Shown piece after piece: positions 51,333 through 61,337 of a DNA stretch of 64,000 bases. Below the pieces are notes generated by a model. It searched no databases. It was not told where the DNA came from and saw nothing but the letters and a program-made list of their open reading frames with translations. Position 1 is the first letter of the stretch, and each line of letters starts with the position of its first letter. The position numbers were made by a program, and so were the translations under genes. The DNA comes from an uncultured Chloroflexia bacterium (GTDB lineage Bacteria > Chloroflexota > Anaerolineae > Anaerolineales > UBA4823), in assembly GCA_963827155.1 (NCBI GenBank), contig CAWGZV010000002.1, positions 2,601,062-2,665,061 on the forward strand, written 5' to 3'.

Positions 51333-54300
51333 ATATCCACCACAAAAAGAACTGATCAAGCGCCGTGATCGACAGGATCGAGAAGAAATTCCGGAATGTC
51401 CTGCTTGGGATAAAGAAAGCCTGGAGTTCACACCAGGTGAGGAAGGGCGATCAGGATCACAAGCAAAGAAGCGGATCGAAGATCTTTTTTCCGGGTTGTT
51501 GAAGGAATCACACGGGAAAGATCGACCAGATGCATCTGAAGAGACTACCGTTGCAAATGAAACGAAAACTGGCTTTGAGATTAATGAATGGCGAATAAAT
51601 CCGGGGCTGAACGCCGATTTTCGATCTGAACCGGTTGACCTGGACTGGTACGGCCCTAGAAGGCATCCACTTAGCCTACCAGAAAATTTCGGATCCACTG
51701 AGTTCGAAGCGGATGAGTTCGGGGGATTAGCTACTCATCGATCCATTGAGATAAGCTCACCGGCAGAATCGCCACAACCCTTCCCAGAACTGGCTCCGCA
51801 AACCGGCGAGTGGATCGCGGCGCCGACAACTCTGGCACTCACCAAGGCGGAGACCCTTTCTCCTAATATGCTGCTGGAGCTTGTGGATCAAAAACCGCAG
51901 CGCCGCTGGAACGAGGACGAGCTGCTGTTGGTTGAACAGGTTGCAGACCAGCTGACGCTTGCTTTAGAGAATGCACAGCTCTTCGAACAAACCCAGCAAG
52001 CGAGAGACGCCTTGCAAATCAGCGTCCGGTATCAGAAAAGTGTGGCTGAAGCGGTCTCGATCCTGAGCGAACGCGGTTATTCGGCCATCTCGGAAGTGCT
52101 TCAAGTCTTAGGCGAGGCTGCTCAAGTGAGCAGGGCTACCGTTTTCGAGATTGAGGTTGATCTGCACGGCCCATATTTTAGGAGTTCATCGGAATGGCAT
52201 GCGCCAGAGGTTGATTCGCGTTTGGTCGACCCTGAAATGCATCGGATTGCAGGGGATTGGCTGAAACCCTGGATCGACCAGATAGATCGCGATGGACATC
52301 TCACCGCAGATATTCACAGCGCTCCTCTTAAAGGCGGGGCATTGGTGAAAACCCTCGGCGCAAAAACCATTCTGCAGTTCATCGTTCGCGGGCAGCATGG
52401 TGCTCCGAGATGCCTCAGTTTCGAACAAACAGATTTCGTCCGAACGTGGAGCAGCGATGAAATTGCGGCACTCGATACAGCCGCTTCAGCGCTTGCGAAC
52501 ACAATTCTGCGGGAAAACCTCTTCAACCAACTCCAGGTCAACCTTTCTGAGACGGAAGCCCAGTATCAGGCAAGCGCCCAAATCAATTCAGCGAACAGTC
52601 CAGATGAAATCCTCTCAATTTTGAGGCAGTTCACTATTCTCGGCCACAACCATGTTTCAAATGTTTCCATCTGCCTGTTCGATATACCCTGGACGAAAAC
52701 GGAAAAACCAGCCTGGTTGGCTCCGGCAGCAGTATGGTCCTGTCCGTCACAACCCGAGTTTCTTTCAGAAAGAACCGCAAACCTTGATTGGTTGAATGAA
52801 GAATTGCTGTTTAATTCCGAAGGCACTACATCGGTGTTTGACATCGAGAGCGATCCCAATTTCAACAGGCAATCGAAATCCCAATTGATCGAGACGTTCA
52901 AAACGAAGAGCTTGCTAAGCGTGCCGCTGAACGTTTCAGGACGCTGGATTGGCTCAATCATTGCGCTTTTCAACCAGACAACCGGATTTTTAGAGAGGGA
53001 AATTCGGCGGTTAGAATCACTTTCCGGGCAGGCTGCAGTCGCACTTGAAAGCCAGCGCCTGCTCTCTGAGACTCGGCAAAGAAACGAAGAGCTGCTAGTC
53101 ATGAACCAGGTATCCAGCGCAGTCAGCCGCACACTGGAGCTGGACCAGGTGCTTAACGAGATCTTGGAGCGAGCACTTGAAATGACGGGTTTCGATGGGG
53201 GGTTGATCTCATATGTTCATCCCGAATCTCAAAAATTGATTCTGGCAGTTGCCTGCAACCTACCCTCTGCAATGTCTGAGAGATTGGATCAAACCGGCCT
53301 TGGGGGTACGCCATGCGATCTGGTATATCAGTCGGGAATAACCATTAACATTTCAGACCTGACTGGTATCTCTGAGGTATTTATTAAGTTTCCAGATGAA
53401 GTGAAAGCCGAATGGCCTGAAGAGCGGGTATCGAAAGCCTTCGCCGGATTGAAAGCTATGGGATATCAGGCTTACCTGGGCGTCCCGCTGATGGTTAAAA
53501 GGCACACCCCTTGGCACTGTCTGTTTATTCAGTCGGTCGACGAGAGAGCTTCCACCTGTTCGGATTGAGCTAGCCGAAGCAATTGGAAAGCAAGTGGGAG
53601 TTGCAGTTGATAACGCCCGGCTTTTCAGGAACACCCAAAACGCGCTTGGGGAGACCGAAGGTCTTTATCAGGCAAGCTCAGAGCTGAACTCGGTCCAAAC
53701 TTATGAGGATATCCTGGATTCGCTTCGCCGATACACCATCCTGGGAAAATCGGATCGGTTGATCAGTATTTTGCTTTTTAACCACCCCTGGTTCATTAAG
53801 GAGGAGAAACGCCAGACGGGCAGACTGCCAGCCGATTCAGAACTCAATAAACCGGAATGGCTGGAGGCTTATGCATGCTGGTCACAAGCTCCAGCTGAAT
53901 TCACTTTCACCCGAATCGAGGTCGAAAAATTCCCAGGGTGGTCGCTCGCGCTCCAGCAAGGCATGAGAATTCTTGAAGATGTCGGGGCTGACTCAAGCAT
54001 GGAGGACGAACAGCGCCGTTATATCGTGGAAAAACTCCAAGCTCAGGCTGTGATTTGGTCGCCGCTTTACGTTGGAAATTTATGGATTGGTCTGATCTTT
54101 GCAGCCTTCGGTGAAACCATTACAGGTTGATGATTTTCAAAAAAGGCGGCTTAATTCACTCAGCGGTCAGGCTGCAATCGCAATCCAAAACCTGCGCCTG
54201 CTGGAGGAAAGCCGCCGCCGGGCGAACCAACTGCAAACCGCTGCCGAAATTGCCCGAGACACGTCCAGCACGCTTGCCCTCGACAGCCTGCTCCAACGGA

Positions 54301-56075
54301 TTGTTCGATTGATTGTCGAGCGATTTGGCTATTATCACGCTTCGATCTTCCTGATTGAGGAGGATGGCAACGAAGCAGTAGTGCGTGAGGCGACTGGGAC
54401 TGCTGGGGAAGAGATGAAGCGAACAGGTCACCGCCTGGAGGTGGGTGGGCGATCGGTAATTGGTACGGTAACCGCATCTGGAAAATCATTCTTGTTAAAT
54501 GATGTGAGCTCTGAAGAAGCCTTATCCATCCACCACCCGAATCCGCTTCTGCCTAACACAAGAGCCGAGCTCGGACTGCCGCTGAAGATTGGCGAGCGGG
54601 TGATCGGGGCATTCGACGTCCAATCGGACCTGGTGAATTCATTTTCTGAAGACGAGGTAAACGTGCTGCAAATTCTTGCAGACCAGGTCGCGGTAGCTGT
54701 AGACAATGCCCGATCCTACGAACTTGCCCAACAAGCGGTGAAGGAAATCAGCGAAGCGGATCGCTTAAAGACCCAGTTCCTAGCTAATATGAGCCATGAG
54801 CTGCGCACGCCGCTGAACTCTATTATCGGTTTTTCCAGGGTAATCCTGAAAGGCATCGATGGGGCGATAAATGAGCAGCAGACCCAGGATCTGACGGCGA
54901 TTTACAACTCGGGACAGCACCTGCTCGGATTGATCAACGACGTCCTGGACGTATCCAGGATCGAAGCCGGGAAGATGGACCTGAACTTCGAAGATAATGT
55001 GAACCTGAGCGAGATCATCCGAGGGGTGATGTCTACAACCATTGGGCTCGTGAAAGACAAGCCAATCGCGCTGCACCAGAACATCGACAGCAATTTACCA
55101 CTGGTGACAGCCGATGCGATGAAGATCCGCCAGGTGCTGATCAACCTGCTATCTAACGCTTCAAAATTCACCGAACAAGGCAGCATCACGGTCGAAGCCT
55201 CTCCATACAGCGGAACGGATGGCGATCCGCAGGTAATCGTGCGGGTTATCGACAGCGGACCCGGCATCCTACCGATCGATCAGGCTAAACTATTTCAACC
55301 CTTCTCGCAGGTGGACGGCTCGCTTACCAGGAAGACGGGCGGATCTGGGCTTGGGCTTTCGATCTGCAGCCACCTTGTACGGATGCATCACGGTCAAATC
55401 GGAGTGGAAAGCGAGATTGGAAAAGGAAGCACTTTCTTCTTCACCCTTCCAATCAGGCAGCCTGAGCCGAAAGAGGAAAGCGACCCTGAAGCAACACAGC
55501 TGGTTGAGACCAATCCATCATTGAATAAGGCTACCCTGGCTTTAGATACCGAACTCCACAGCGAGCAAGCCGGTGAAGCTGGACCCAGACCAGAACTGAC
55601 CAATTTCCGCGGAACAGGCACAATTTCTGGCGGCCCGCTGCCGAACACAAAGTCCCGGCTGATCCTGTCTATCGACCCAGACCCGAAGGTCATAGACCAA
55701 TACCGCCGCTACCTGGCTGGCAGCACGTGCACGGTAATCGCTCTAACGCGCATCGACCAGGCAATCACGGTTGCGCGTGGGGTGCAGCCTTATGCGATCA
55801 CGCTCGATGTCACGATGACGGGCGCTCAAGGCAAAAACCGGACCGGACCGCTCAGCCCGGCTTTGGGTTTGCTTTCGGGTAAAGGCAGCCTGGATGGTTA
55901 TAAAGTGCTCAAAGAATTGAAGGCCGATCCGTCCACAAGCCACATCCCCGTGATCGTCTGCTCAACCGCGGCGCAGGAGGAGAAAGCCCGCGAAGCAGGC
56001 GCTGACGATTATCTACTCAAACCGATTCTGGAGGACGACCTTGTGCAGGCTGTTCAACGCCTCGAGAGGAAATGA
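51322..56075 (+). CDS. Cytoplasmic multi-GAF hybrid histidine kinase (~1580 aa repaired); frameshifts ~53498 and ~54107
   Basis: Three ORFs join by single-base removals. Serial GAF domains; H-box FLANMSHELRTPL; NLLSNASKF; DSGPGI; GGSGLGL; C-terminal receiver (TLDV...LLKP). Confidence 0.88.
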
Positions 56076-56187
56076 AAAGCAGCGCCCTGGCGGTCAAATC
56101 GAAGACCGGCTGCAAGGAAGACCTGCTGCAAGATGGCAAATTTCGCGGCGATCGATCTCTTTAACGAAGTCTGGTTAGCCGATCCAT

Positions 56188-57225
56188 ATGAGGAGCGCTG
56201 AACTGTCGACCGTCCATATTCCCAAGAAAGGAGTGCTAGCCGCACTGAGCTCCGCACTGTGCCTGGGACTGGCGCCAGTATTTGGGCGGATGGCGATCTT
56301 GTATGGGATTCCATCGCTGGCAGTTGTTGCCATCCGTACAACCCTGGCTGCGCTACTGCTACTGATTGCAGTTTTGATCTTCGGACGAAAGTACCTGTAC
56401 ATCTACCCTGCCGGGCTGCTCGGCTGCCTACTTGCAGGGTGGATCAATGGATTCGGATCGCTCTTTTATTATTTCGCGTTGAGCAGGATCAATGCCAGCC
56501 TCGGACAGCTGCTCTTTTCGCTGTACCCTCTTTTCCTGGTCTTATGGCTTTCACTGGACAGACAGGCTCCCAGCAAGCTGACAATCTTGCGGTTGGGGCT
56601 TGCGCTGCCGGCGATTATCCTGATCGTTGGGACAGAACAGAGCAAACCGGATCTCCTCGGAGCTGGCGCGATGCTGATCGCGGCTATCCTTTATGCTCTG
56701 CACCTGCCGATCAATCAGAGAGTGCTCTATGATATGCCGCCCCAGACCGTGACGCTCTACACGCTGATGGCGATGAGCGCAGTCGTCCTGCCGCCATTTC
56801 TCTTCTCGAACGGCGGGGGCTGGATTGGAGCTCCTTTCCAAGGCGGCAGCGCTGCACATTTAGGAGTTAGCCCAGCTCAGATGGTGGCGCCGCTGATCGG
56901 GTTAACGCTGGTGACCTTTTTTTCACGCCTGATGCTGTTCACGGGCGTCAAACACTTAGGAGGAATGCAAACCGCGTTACTGGGTTTAGGCGAGCTGCTG
57001 GTTACGCTGGTCTTTGCACAAATTTTCCTGGATGAAACCCTGACAACGACGCAATGGGCTGGCGCTGGCTTGCTGATGGCAAGCTTGATGATGGTGGGGT
57101 TGGAAGGAGGCGAAACTCGCAGAGGCACGAACAGAGGATTCTTACGCTGGCTCAGCCCAATCACCTATCATGAATCCGTTCTGCCAGCACAGCTCTCTGA
57201 AAATGGAAGCACAACGGATTTGTGA
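56188..57225 (+). CDS. DMT/EamA-family transporter
   Basis: About 10 TMs in two EamA-like halves; LFSLYP, LGELLVT. Confidence 0.88.
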   Translation: MRSAELSTVHIPKKGVLAALSSALCLGLAPVFGRMAILYGIPSLAVVAIRTTLAALLLLIAVLIFGRKYLYIYPAGLLGCLLAGWINGFGSLFYYFALSRINASLGQLLFSLYPLFLVLWLSLDRQAPSKLTILRLGLALPAIILIVGTEQSKPDLLGAGAMLIAAILYALHLPINQRVLYDMPPQTVTLYTLMAMSAVVLPPFLFSNGGGWIGAPFQGGSAAHLGVSPAQMVAPLIGLTLVTFFSRLMLFTGVKHLGGMQTALLGLGELLVTLVFAQIFLDETLTTTQWAGAGLLMASLMMVGLEGGETRRGTNRGFLRWLSPITYHESVLPAQLSENGSTTDL

Positions 57226-57262
57226 AGGGATCGCAAGATCGGTCAAATGCCCGTCTCGGGCT

Positions 57263-58552
57263 TCAATAGAAGCTCCCCCCGGTTTCATTGTATGAAACCG
57301 GAGGACCATCTGGATGCTCGAGAACCTGGTGGTAAAGATCGATGATGCGCAAAGCAATATTCTCCCAGGCGTATTGGCGGGCAAGCTGCAGGGCTTGCTC
57401 ACCCAGCTTTTGGCGCAGCTCGCTATCCTGCAAAATCCAGGATAAGCGCGTGGCAAGCGCTTCAGGATCGTCAACCGGGACGGTGTAGCCAGTCACCCCA
57501 TCTTGCACTAAGAAGGCGAGGCCGCCAACTTGCGATGCGACTACCGGCGTCCCGCAAGCCATCGCCTCGAGGGCAACCATCCCGAAGGATTCATAATGCG
57601 ACGGGACCACGACTGCTTCGGAAGCTGAATAATAATAGGGCAGGGTGTCCTGGCTGCGCTTTCCCAGGAAGGCGATTAGATCGTTCAATCCGGCTTGCTG
57701 GCTGATTGCCTTGAGGCGCTCCATCTCTTCATTTTGATTTTCCTGCTCCGCCTCCAGATCGCCGCCGATCACCGCCAGGCAGACATAGATATTCTGGCTG
57801 TTCAGGATCTTGATCGCCTGGATCAGAATGTCGATTCCTTTGAGGGGCTCAATCCGCCCGACGTAGAGGAGCATACGGCCGCCGCGGGGATCACAAGGAG
57901 GGGCTTCAATCACCTCACAGGCTTCATCATTGGGAATTGGGTAGAAATGGCTGATATCAACGCCAGGGGGGATGATGACGACTTTAGAGGTGTCGGTCTG
58001 GTAAAGCCACTGGAGCTGGGCAAGCTCGGCAGGGGTGGCAGCGACGATGCGGTCAGCAAGGCGCAGGACTTCCTTCTCACCATTGAGGCGGTAATCGCCT
58101 TCAATCTCGCTGGGAGACCTGGCAACGCGCTGCTTCATCACGCCCAGGGTGTGGAACATATGGACGATCGGCACGCCCCAGAGCTGCTTGAGGGTTTTTG
58201 CGGCGATGCCCGACATCCAATAATGGCTGTGGATCAGGTCATAATGCAGATCTTTGGCTGCGGCGAAATCGCGGACACCCTGGGCGAAATCGGGGATGTA
58301 GGAGGCAAGGGTCTCTTTGCCGAGGGGGGTTTCTGGACCGGCAGGAATGTGAACGACGCGGTTTCCGTAGCCCAGGTCGTGGAGGACATGGGGGACATGT
58401 TCGTCCTGCGAGCGGGTGAAGACGTCTACATGCACACCCTGAGCACCCAGGCGGCGGGTGAGCTCGCGAACGTAGACGTTCATGCCGCCGGTATCTTTGC
58501 CCCCGAGGATGGCAAGCGGGCAGGTATGGTATGAGAGCATGGCGATGCGCAA
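57263..58552 (-). CDS. GT4 glycosyltransferase, MshA-like
   Basis: HTCPL...DTGGMNVYV, HSHYWMSG, HMFHTLG, VGRIEPLKG, PSHYESFGMVALEA. Substrate not confirmed. Confidence 0.8.
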   Translation of the reverse strand: MRIAMLSYHTCPLAILGGKDTGGMNVYVRELTRRLGAQGVHVDVFTRSQDEHVPHVLHDLGYGNRVVHIPAGPETPLGKETLASYIPDFAQGVRDFAAAKDLHYDLIHSHYWMSGIAAKTLKQLWGVPIVHMFHTLGVMKQRVARSPSEIEGDYRLNGEKEVLRLADRIVAATPAELAQLQWLYQTDTSKVVIIPPGVDISHFYPIPNDEACEVIEAPPCDPRGGRMLLYVGRIEPLKGIDILIQAIKILNSQNIYVCLAVIGGDLEAEQENQNEEMERLKAISQQAGLNDLIAFLGKRSQDTLPYYYSASEAVVVPSHYESFGMVALEAMACGTPVVASQVGGLAFLVQDGVTGYTVPVDDPEALATRLSWILQDSELRQKLGEQALQLARQYAWENIALRIIDLYHQVLEHPDGPPVSYNETGGSFY

Positions 58553-58560
58553 GTTGTACC

Positions 58561-58589
58561 TTGTAAACCCGGCTTAAATTCTGTATAAT
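58561..58589 (+). promoter_or_regulatory. sigma70-type promoter of tRNA-Thr
   Basis: TTGTAA (58561), 17 nt, TATAAT (58584). Confidence 0.75.
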
Positions 58590-58611
58590 GTCAACCGCTC
58601 AAAGCGCAGAG

Positions 58612-58684
58612 GCCACCGTAGCTCAGCTGGCAGAGCAGTCGCTTCGTAAGCGACGGGTCAAGGGTTCGATTCCCTTCGGTGGCT
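58612..58684 (+). tRNA. tRNA-Thr (CGT); CCA not encoded
   Basis: Acceptor GCCACCG/CGGTGGC, anticodon arm GTCGC-TTCGTAA-GCGAC, T-loop GTTCGAT. Confidence 0.97.
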
Positions 58685-58704
58685 CTAAGGCAGCCTGGCG
58701 GATG

Positions 58705-58728
58705 AACCTCCCTAACGGGAGGTTTTTT
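58705..58728 (+). terminator. Terminator after tRNA-Thr
   Basis: AACCTCCC-TAAC-GGGAGGTT followed by TTTT. Confidence 0.8.
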
Positions 58729-58796
58729 CGCTTTCTGGGAGTTTACCACAGGAGGGGAGGAGAGGGCAACGCCGAGATGAGGGGGTATTCGTTCCG

Positions 58797-58804
58797 CGAA
58801 AAAA
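58797..58804 (+). repeat. Left copy of the 8-bp target-site duplication
   Basis: CGAAAAAA, identical to 60615-60622 and abutting the IR. Confidence 0.85.
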
Positions 58805-60614
58805 GACTCCCCTGCAAGAACTAAGGTTTGAAAGCCCTATAGCAGTCAAAATGCACGTAATGATACAGAATGGTACCTTTCGCAAAATTGATACCAGGAA
58901 ACTGAGGGGTAGACTTTAGCAGCTCAAAGCCAGATAGCGCTGCATTTGTCGCACATTATTGAGAGCAGCCGATCCGATCATCAGATAAAACATTCGAAAC
59001 CTGCCTCGCACAGGCAACTTGCCCTTCGGGAAGGGCAGTTTGACCGCTCTAACCGTCGCTTCAACGGCCGCCCGAGGGTTGTGTTTCGTTTTTTGGAAGA
59101 ACTTGCTCCGCTCTCGTCGCAAGGAAAGCCTCATTTTTGAAGGCAGGAAATACAAACCATAAAACTGCTTCCTCTTTCGAAAGCGGGTTGGGCATTTTCC
59201 AGCCTGATGGAAGGAGCAGGTCTCGCAAATGGAGACGGAAAACCGGGCAACATAGCCTTTCTTCTGGCTACCGACTTCAACCGGTGCCATTTGTCCATTT
59301 GGGCAGGTCATTTGAGTGGGTTGACCGCGCTCATCTTGATGAATGGAAAAATGATAAAAACTCAGCTTGTCCTGACCTAGTTTCTTCCCGCGGATCCCGG
59401 TTTGAAACAAAGCAATCCCTTTATCCGTCAGGGATTGATCTAACTCTGCTCCACCATAGCCACCATCGGTATAGAGGGTATCCAAATCCGTCCGCTCGGC
59501 TAGATTCGGTAAGGCTTGCAACAGGAGTTTTCCATCATCGGTGCTGTTAGGCGCCACCTGGATCTTAGTGATCAGCTGAAAGGGGTTGTCTGGATCGCAG
59601 GTTTCGGCTAGATTAGCCACATAGCCTTGCTTCAACCCGCTGCCGACATCTCGGATGGTGGCTTCCCAATCGTCCGGGGATTGTAGACTGCAAGCCCCCA
59701 ACTCTTTCTGGGCTTTGGGGACCACTCCGGCTTTTTCCAAGCGGTAGTGTTCACCAAATACCCGTTCGAGGACCTGATATTCTTTACACTGGGCATAATT
59801 CGGTTTCAATTCCACCAGCAATTGATGCATGATCAATCCGACCCGTCGAATGTGCTCGGGAAACTCAGATTGCTTCATCTGATAGACATACCAGCCAGGG
59901 TGGCCTCGCATAAAGGGTTGCAACCGTTCGGCATAATGGGCCTGGTCAGCTTCGTTTAGCATCCTTGACACTCGTTGGAGCACTTCCACTAGCAATTGCA
60001 GACGACCATGCTGGCGGATATTACTGGCAATTTGGGTGCTGTCCACGCGCTGCTTACCAGTTTTCAACTGAAATTTGGCCAGCTGTTCATCGGTTATCTG
60101 CTCGAAGGCCCGCTCCAGCAGGTTGATCCCTTCCTTCTGCATATACTGGCCCAATCGCTGGCGAAAGTAATATAACGTCCGTAAATCAAACTCGCCTAAC
60201 CCCAACTCGTGGTATCCCAGGGCGTAACGCACCTGCACATTGTAAAGAAATTCATCATACAGCTCCTCATCACTCCAGCCAAACCCGGATTTCAGGAATT
60301 CCAGTCCCACCAGCACATTGACCGGAATATTGGGTCGAGAAGGCAGATCCGAATACAGGCATGCGAAAGCACTCTCGTCGAGGCGGGAGAATACTTCTCG
60401 ATAAAAAACGCCTGCCCAGGAGCGCTCCAGGCGTAATAACTGACTTTCTGGTAAATGGGAAACTTCACTGATTAGAGGTGGTTGTAAATGACGTTTGTTC
60501 TTCTTGAACATCGCTCAGACCTTTTTTCCTGGATTGGCCTGATTATATTAAGGAATTGAAAAACTGAGGAGGGTAATCCAACTATTTCCCTCTGCTCGTT
60601 TTTTCAGGGGAGCC
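58805..60614 (-). mobile_element. IS1182/IS5-like insertion sequence, 1810 bp
   Basis: IRs GACTCCCCTGCAAGAAC (58805-58821) and GGCTCCCCTGAAAAAAC (reverse complement of 60598-60614) match 14/17; 8-bp TSD; single transposase. Confidence 0.9.
58916..60511 (-). CDS. DDE transposase (DUF772-type N-terminus)
   Basis: SRPNIPVNVLVGL, WSDEE, VDSTQIASNI, YTDGGY, RAAVEAT. Confidence 0.92.
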   Translation of the reverse strand: MFKKNKRHLQPPLISEVSHLPESQLLRLERSWAGVFYREVFSRLDESAFACLYSDLPSRPNIPVNVLVGLEFLKSGFGWSDEELYDEFLYNVQVRYALGYHELGLGEFDLRTLYYFRQRLGQYMQKEGINLLERAFEQITDEQLAKFQLKTGKQRVDSTQIASNIRQHGRLQLLVEVLQRVSRMLNEADQAHYAERLQPFMRGHPGWYVYQMKQSEFPEHIRRVGLIMHQLLVELKPNYAQCKEYQVLERVFGEHYRLEKAGVVPKAQKELGACSLQSPDDWEATIRDVGSGLKQGYVANLAETCDPDNPFQLITKIQVAPNSTDDGKLLLQALPNLAERTDLDTLYTDGGYGGAELDQSLTDKGIALFQTGIRGKKLGQDKLSFYHFSIHQDERGQPTQMTCPNGQMAPVEVGSQKKGYVARFSVSICETCSFHQAGKCPTRFRKRKQFYGLYFLPSKMRLSLRRERSKFFQKTKHNPRAAVEATVRAVKLPFPKGKLPVRGRFRMFYLMIGSAALNNVRQMQRYLALSC

Positions 60615-60622
60615 CGAAAAAA
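60615..60622 (+). repeat. Right copy of the 8-bp target-site duplication
   Basis: CGAAAAAA, identical to 58797-58804. Confidence 0.85.
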
Positions 60623-60694
60623 CGAAGAGGAACGAATAAGGTTCTGGGGAGGAACTGGGAGGGGGTTGGTTGTTAAGGTGCGAAGGACGAAACC

Positions 60695-60712
60695 ATTATA
60701 GCACAAATGTTC
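60695..60712 (-). promoter_or_regulatory. Extended -10 promoter with adjacent SOS-box-like site
   Basis: Minus strand GAACATTTGTGC-TATAAT: TGnTATAAT plus GAAC-N4-GTGC (one mismatch to GAAC-N4-GTTC). Confidence 0.5.
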
Positions 60713-60810
60713 GCTAAAACGAGTTGGAGTAATAAAAGTGTGTGTTTTGGTTGGAAAATCCAACGGACTGCAACACCCTAACTGTTTATAATAGGCAAGG
60801 ATAATTAAAA

Positions 60811-61059
60811 ATGGATGATCGTTTTTTCACTCACCCGATCCTCAACTCCCCATACGAATACCCTTCGCGTCATTGGGAGCTTGATAAAGATGGTCAACCC
60901 ACACAGCAGATTATCGAGCGCCGTCGAAGCGCAGAGTTTATTACCCCAATTCCAAAACCAAGGAAACGGGAACAACTTGGCAGACAATCTGAAACACAAT
61001 TGGCAATGGTGCTCGATGAGGGCAAGGGTCTACAGAAGTGGCCCCCAGTGATGAAGTGA
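60811..61059 (+). pseudogene. N-terminal fragment of a type III restriction (Res)-like helicase/endonuclease
   Basis: FFTHPILNSPYEYPSRHWELD.DGQPTQ...RRSAEFITPIPKP...DEGKGL matches the N-terminus I recognise for this family; it stops after 82 aa with no continuation in any frame. Confidence 0.7.
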
Positions 61060-61082
61060 TGAAGGTGTTTCGAGTAAAGTAG

Positions 61083-61337
61083 ATGGGTATTCTTTCTTCC
61101 GATACGCATCCCAAAATGGAAGCTTTGCAAATCCAGTTATGGCGGCAGGCGAGTCCCACGCGCAAAATGCAGGCGCTGGCGCAGCTGAATGCGTCTGTGC
61201 GCCTGCTGGCAATGACAGGCTTACGCTCGCAATATCCTCAAGCCGATGAAACCGAGCTGCGTTTCAAGCTGGCGGTCTTGCTGCTTGGGGATGAACTGGC
61301 GCACAAAGTCTATGGAGAGCCGAGCCATGCAAAATGA
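61083..61337 (+). CDS. Small helical protein, candidate antitoxin/partner
   Basis: 84-aa ORF overlapping the start of the nucleotidyltransferase-like gene by 11 nt. Confidence 0.7.
   Translation: MGILSSDTHPKMEALQIQLWRQASPTRKMQALAQLNASVRLLAMTGLRSQYPQADETELRFKLAVLLLGDELAHKVYGEPSHAK

Noticed and set aside
57695-58534. 279-aa plus-strand ORF
   Set aside because: Antisense shadow of the GC-rich MshA-like gene; no recognisable motifs.
58899-60575. Imperfect direct repeat AAACTGAGG(A)GGGTA flanking the transposase
   Set aside because: Both copies are internal to the IS ends defined by IR and TSD; short and gapped, so no function is assignable.
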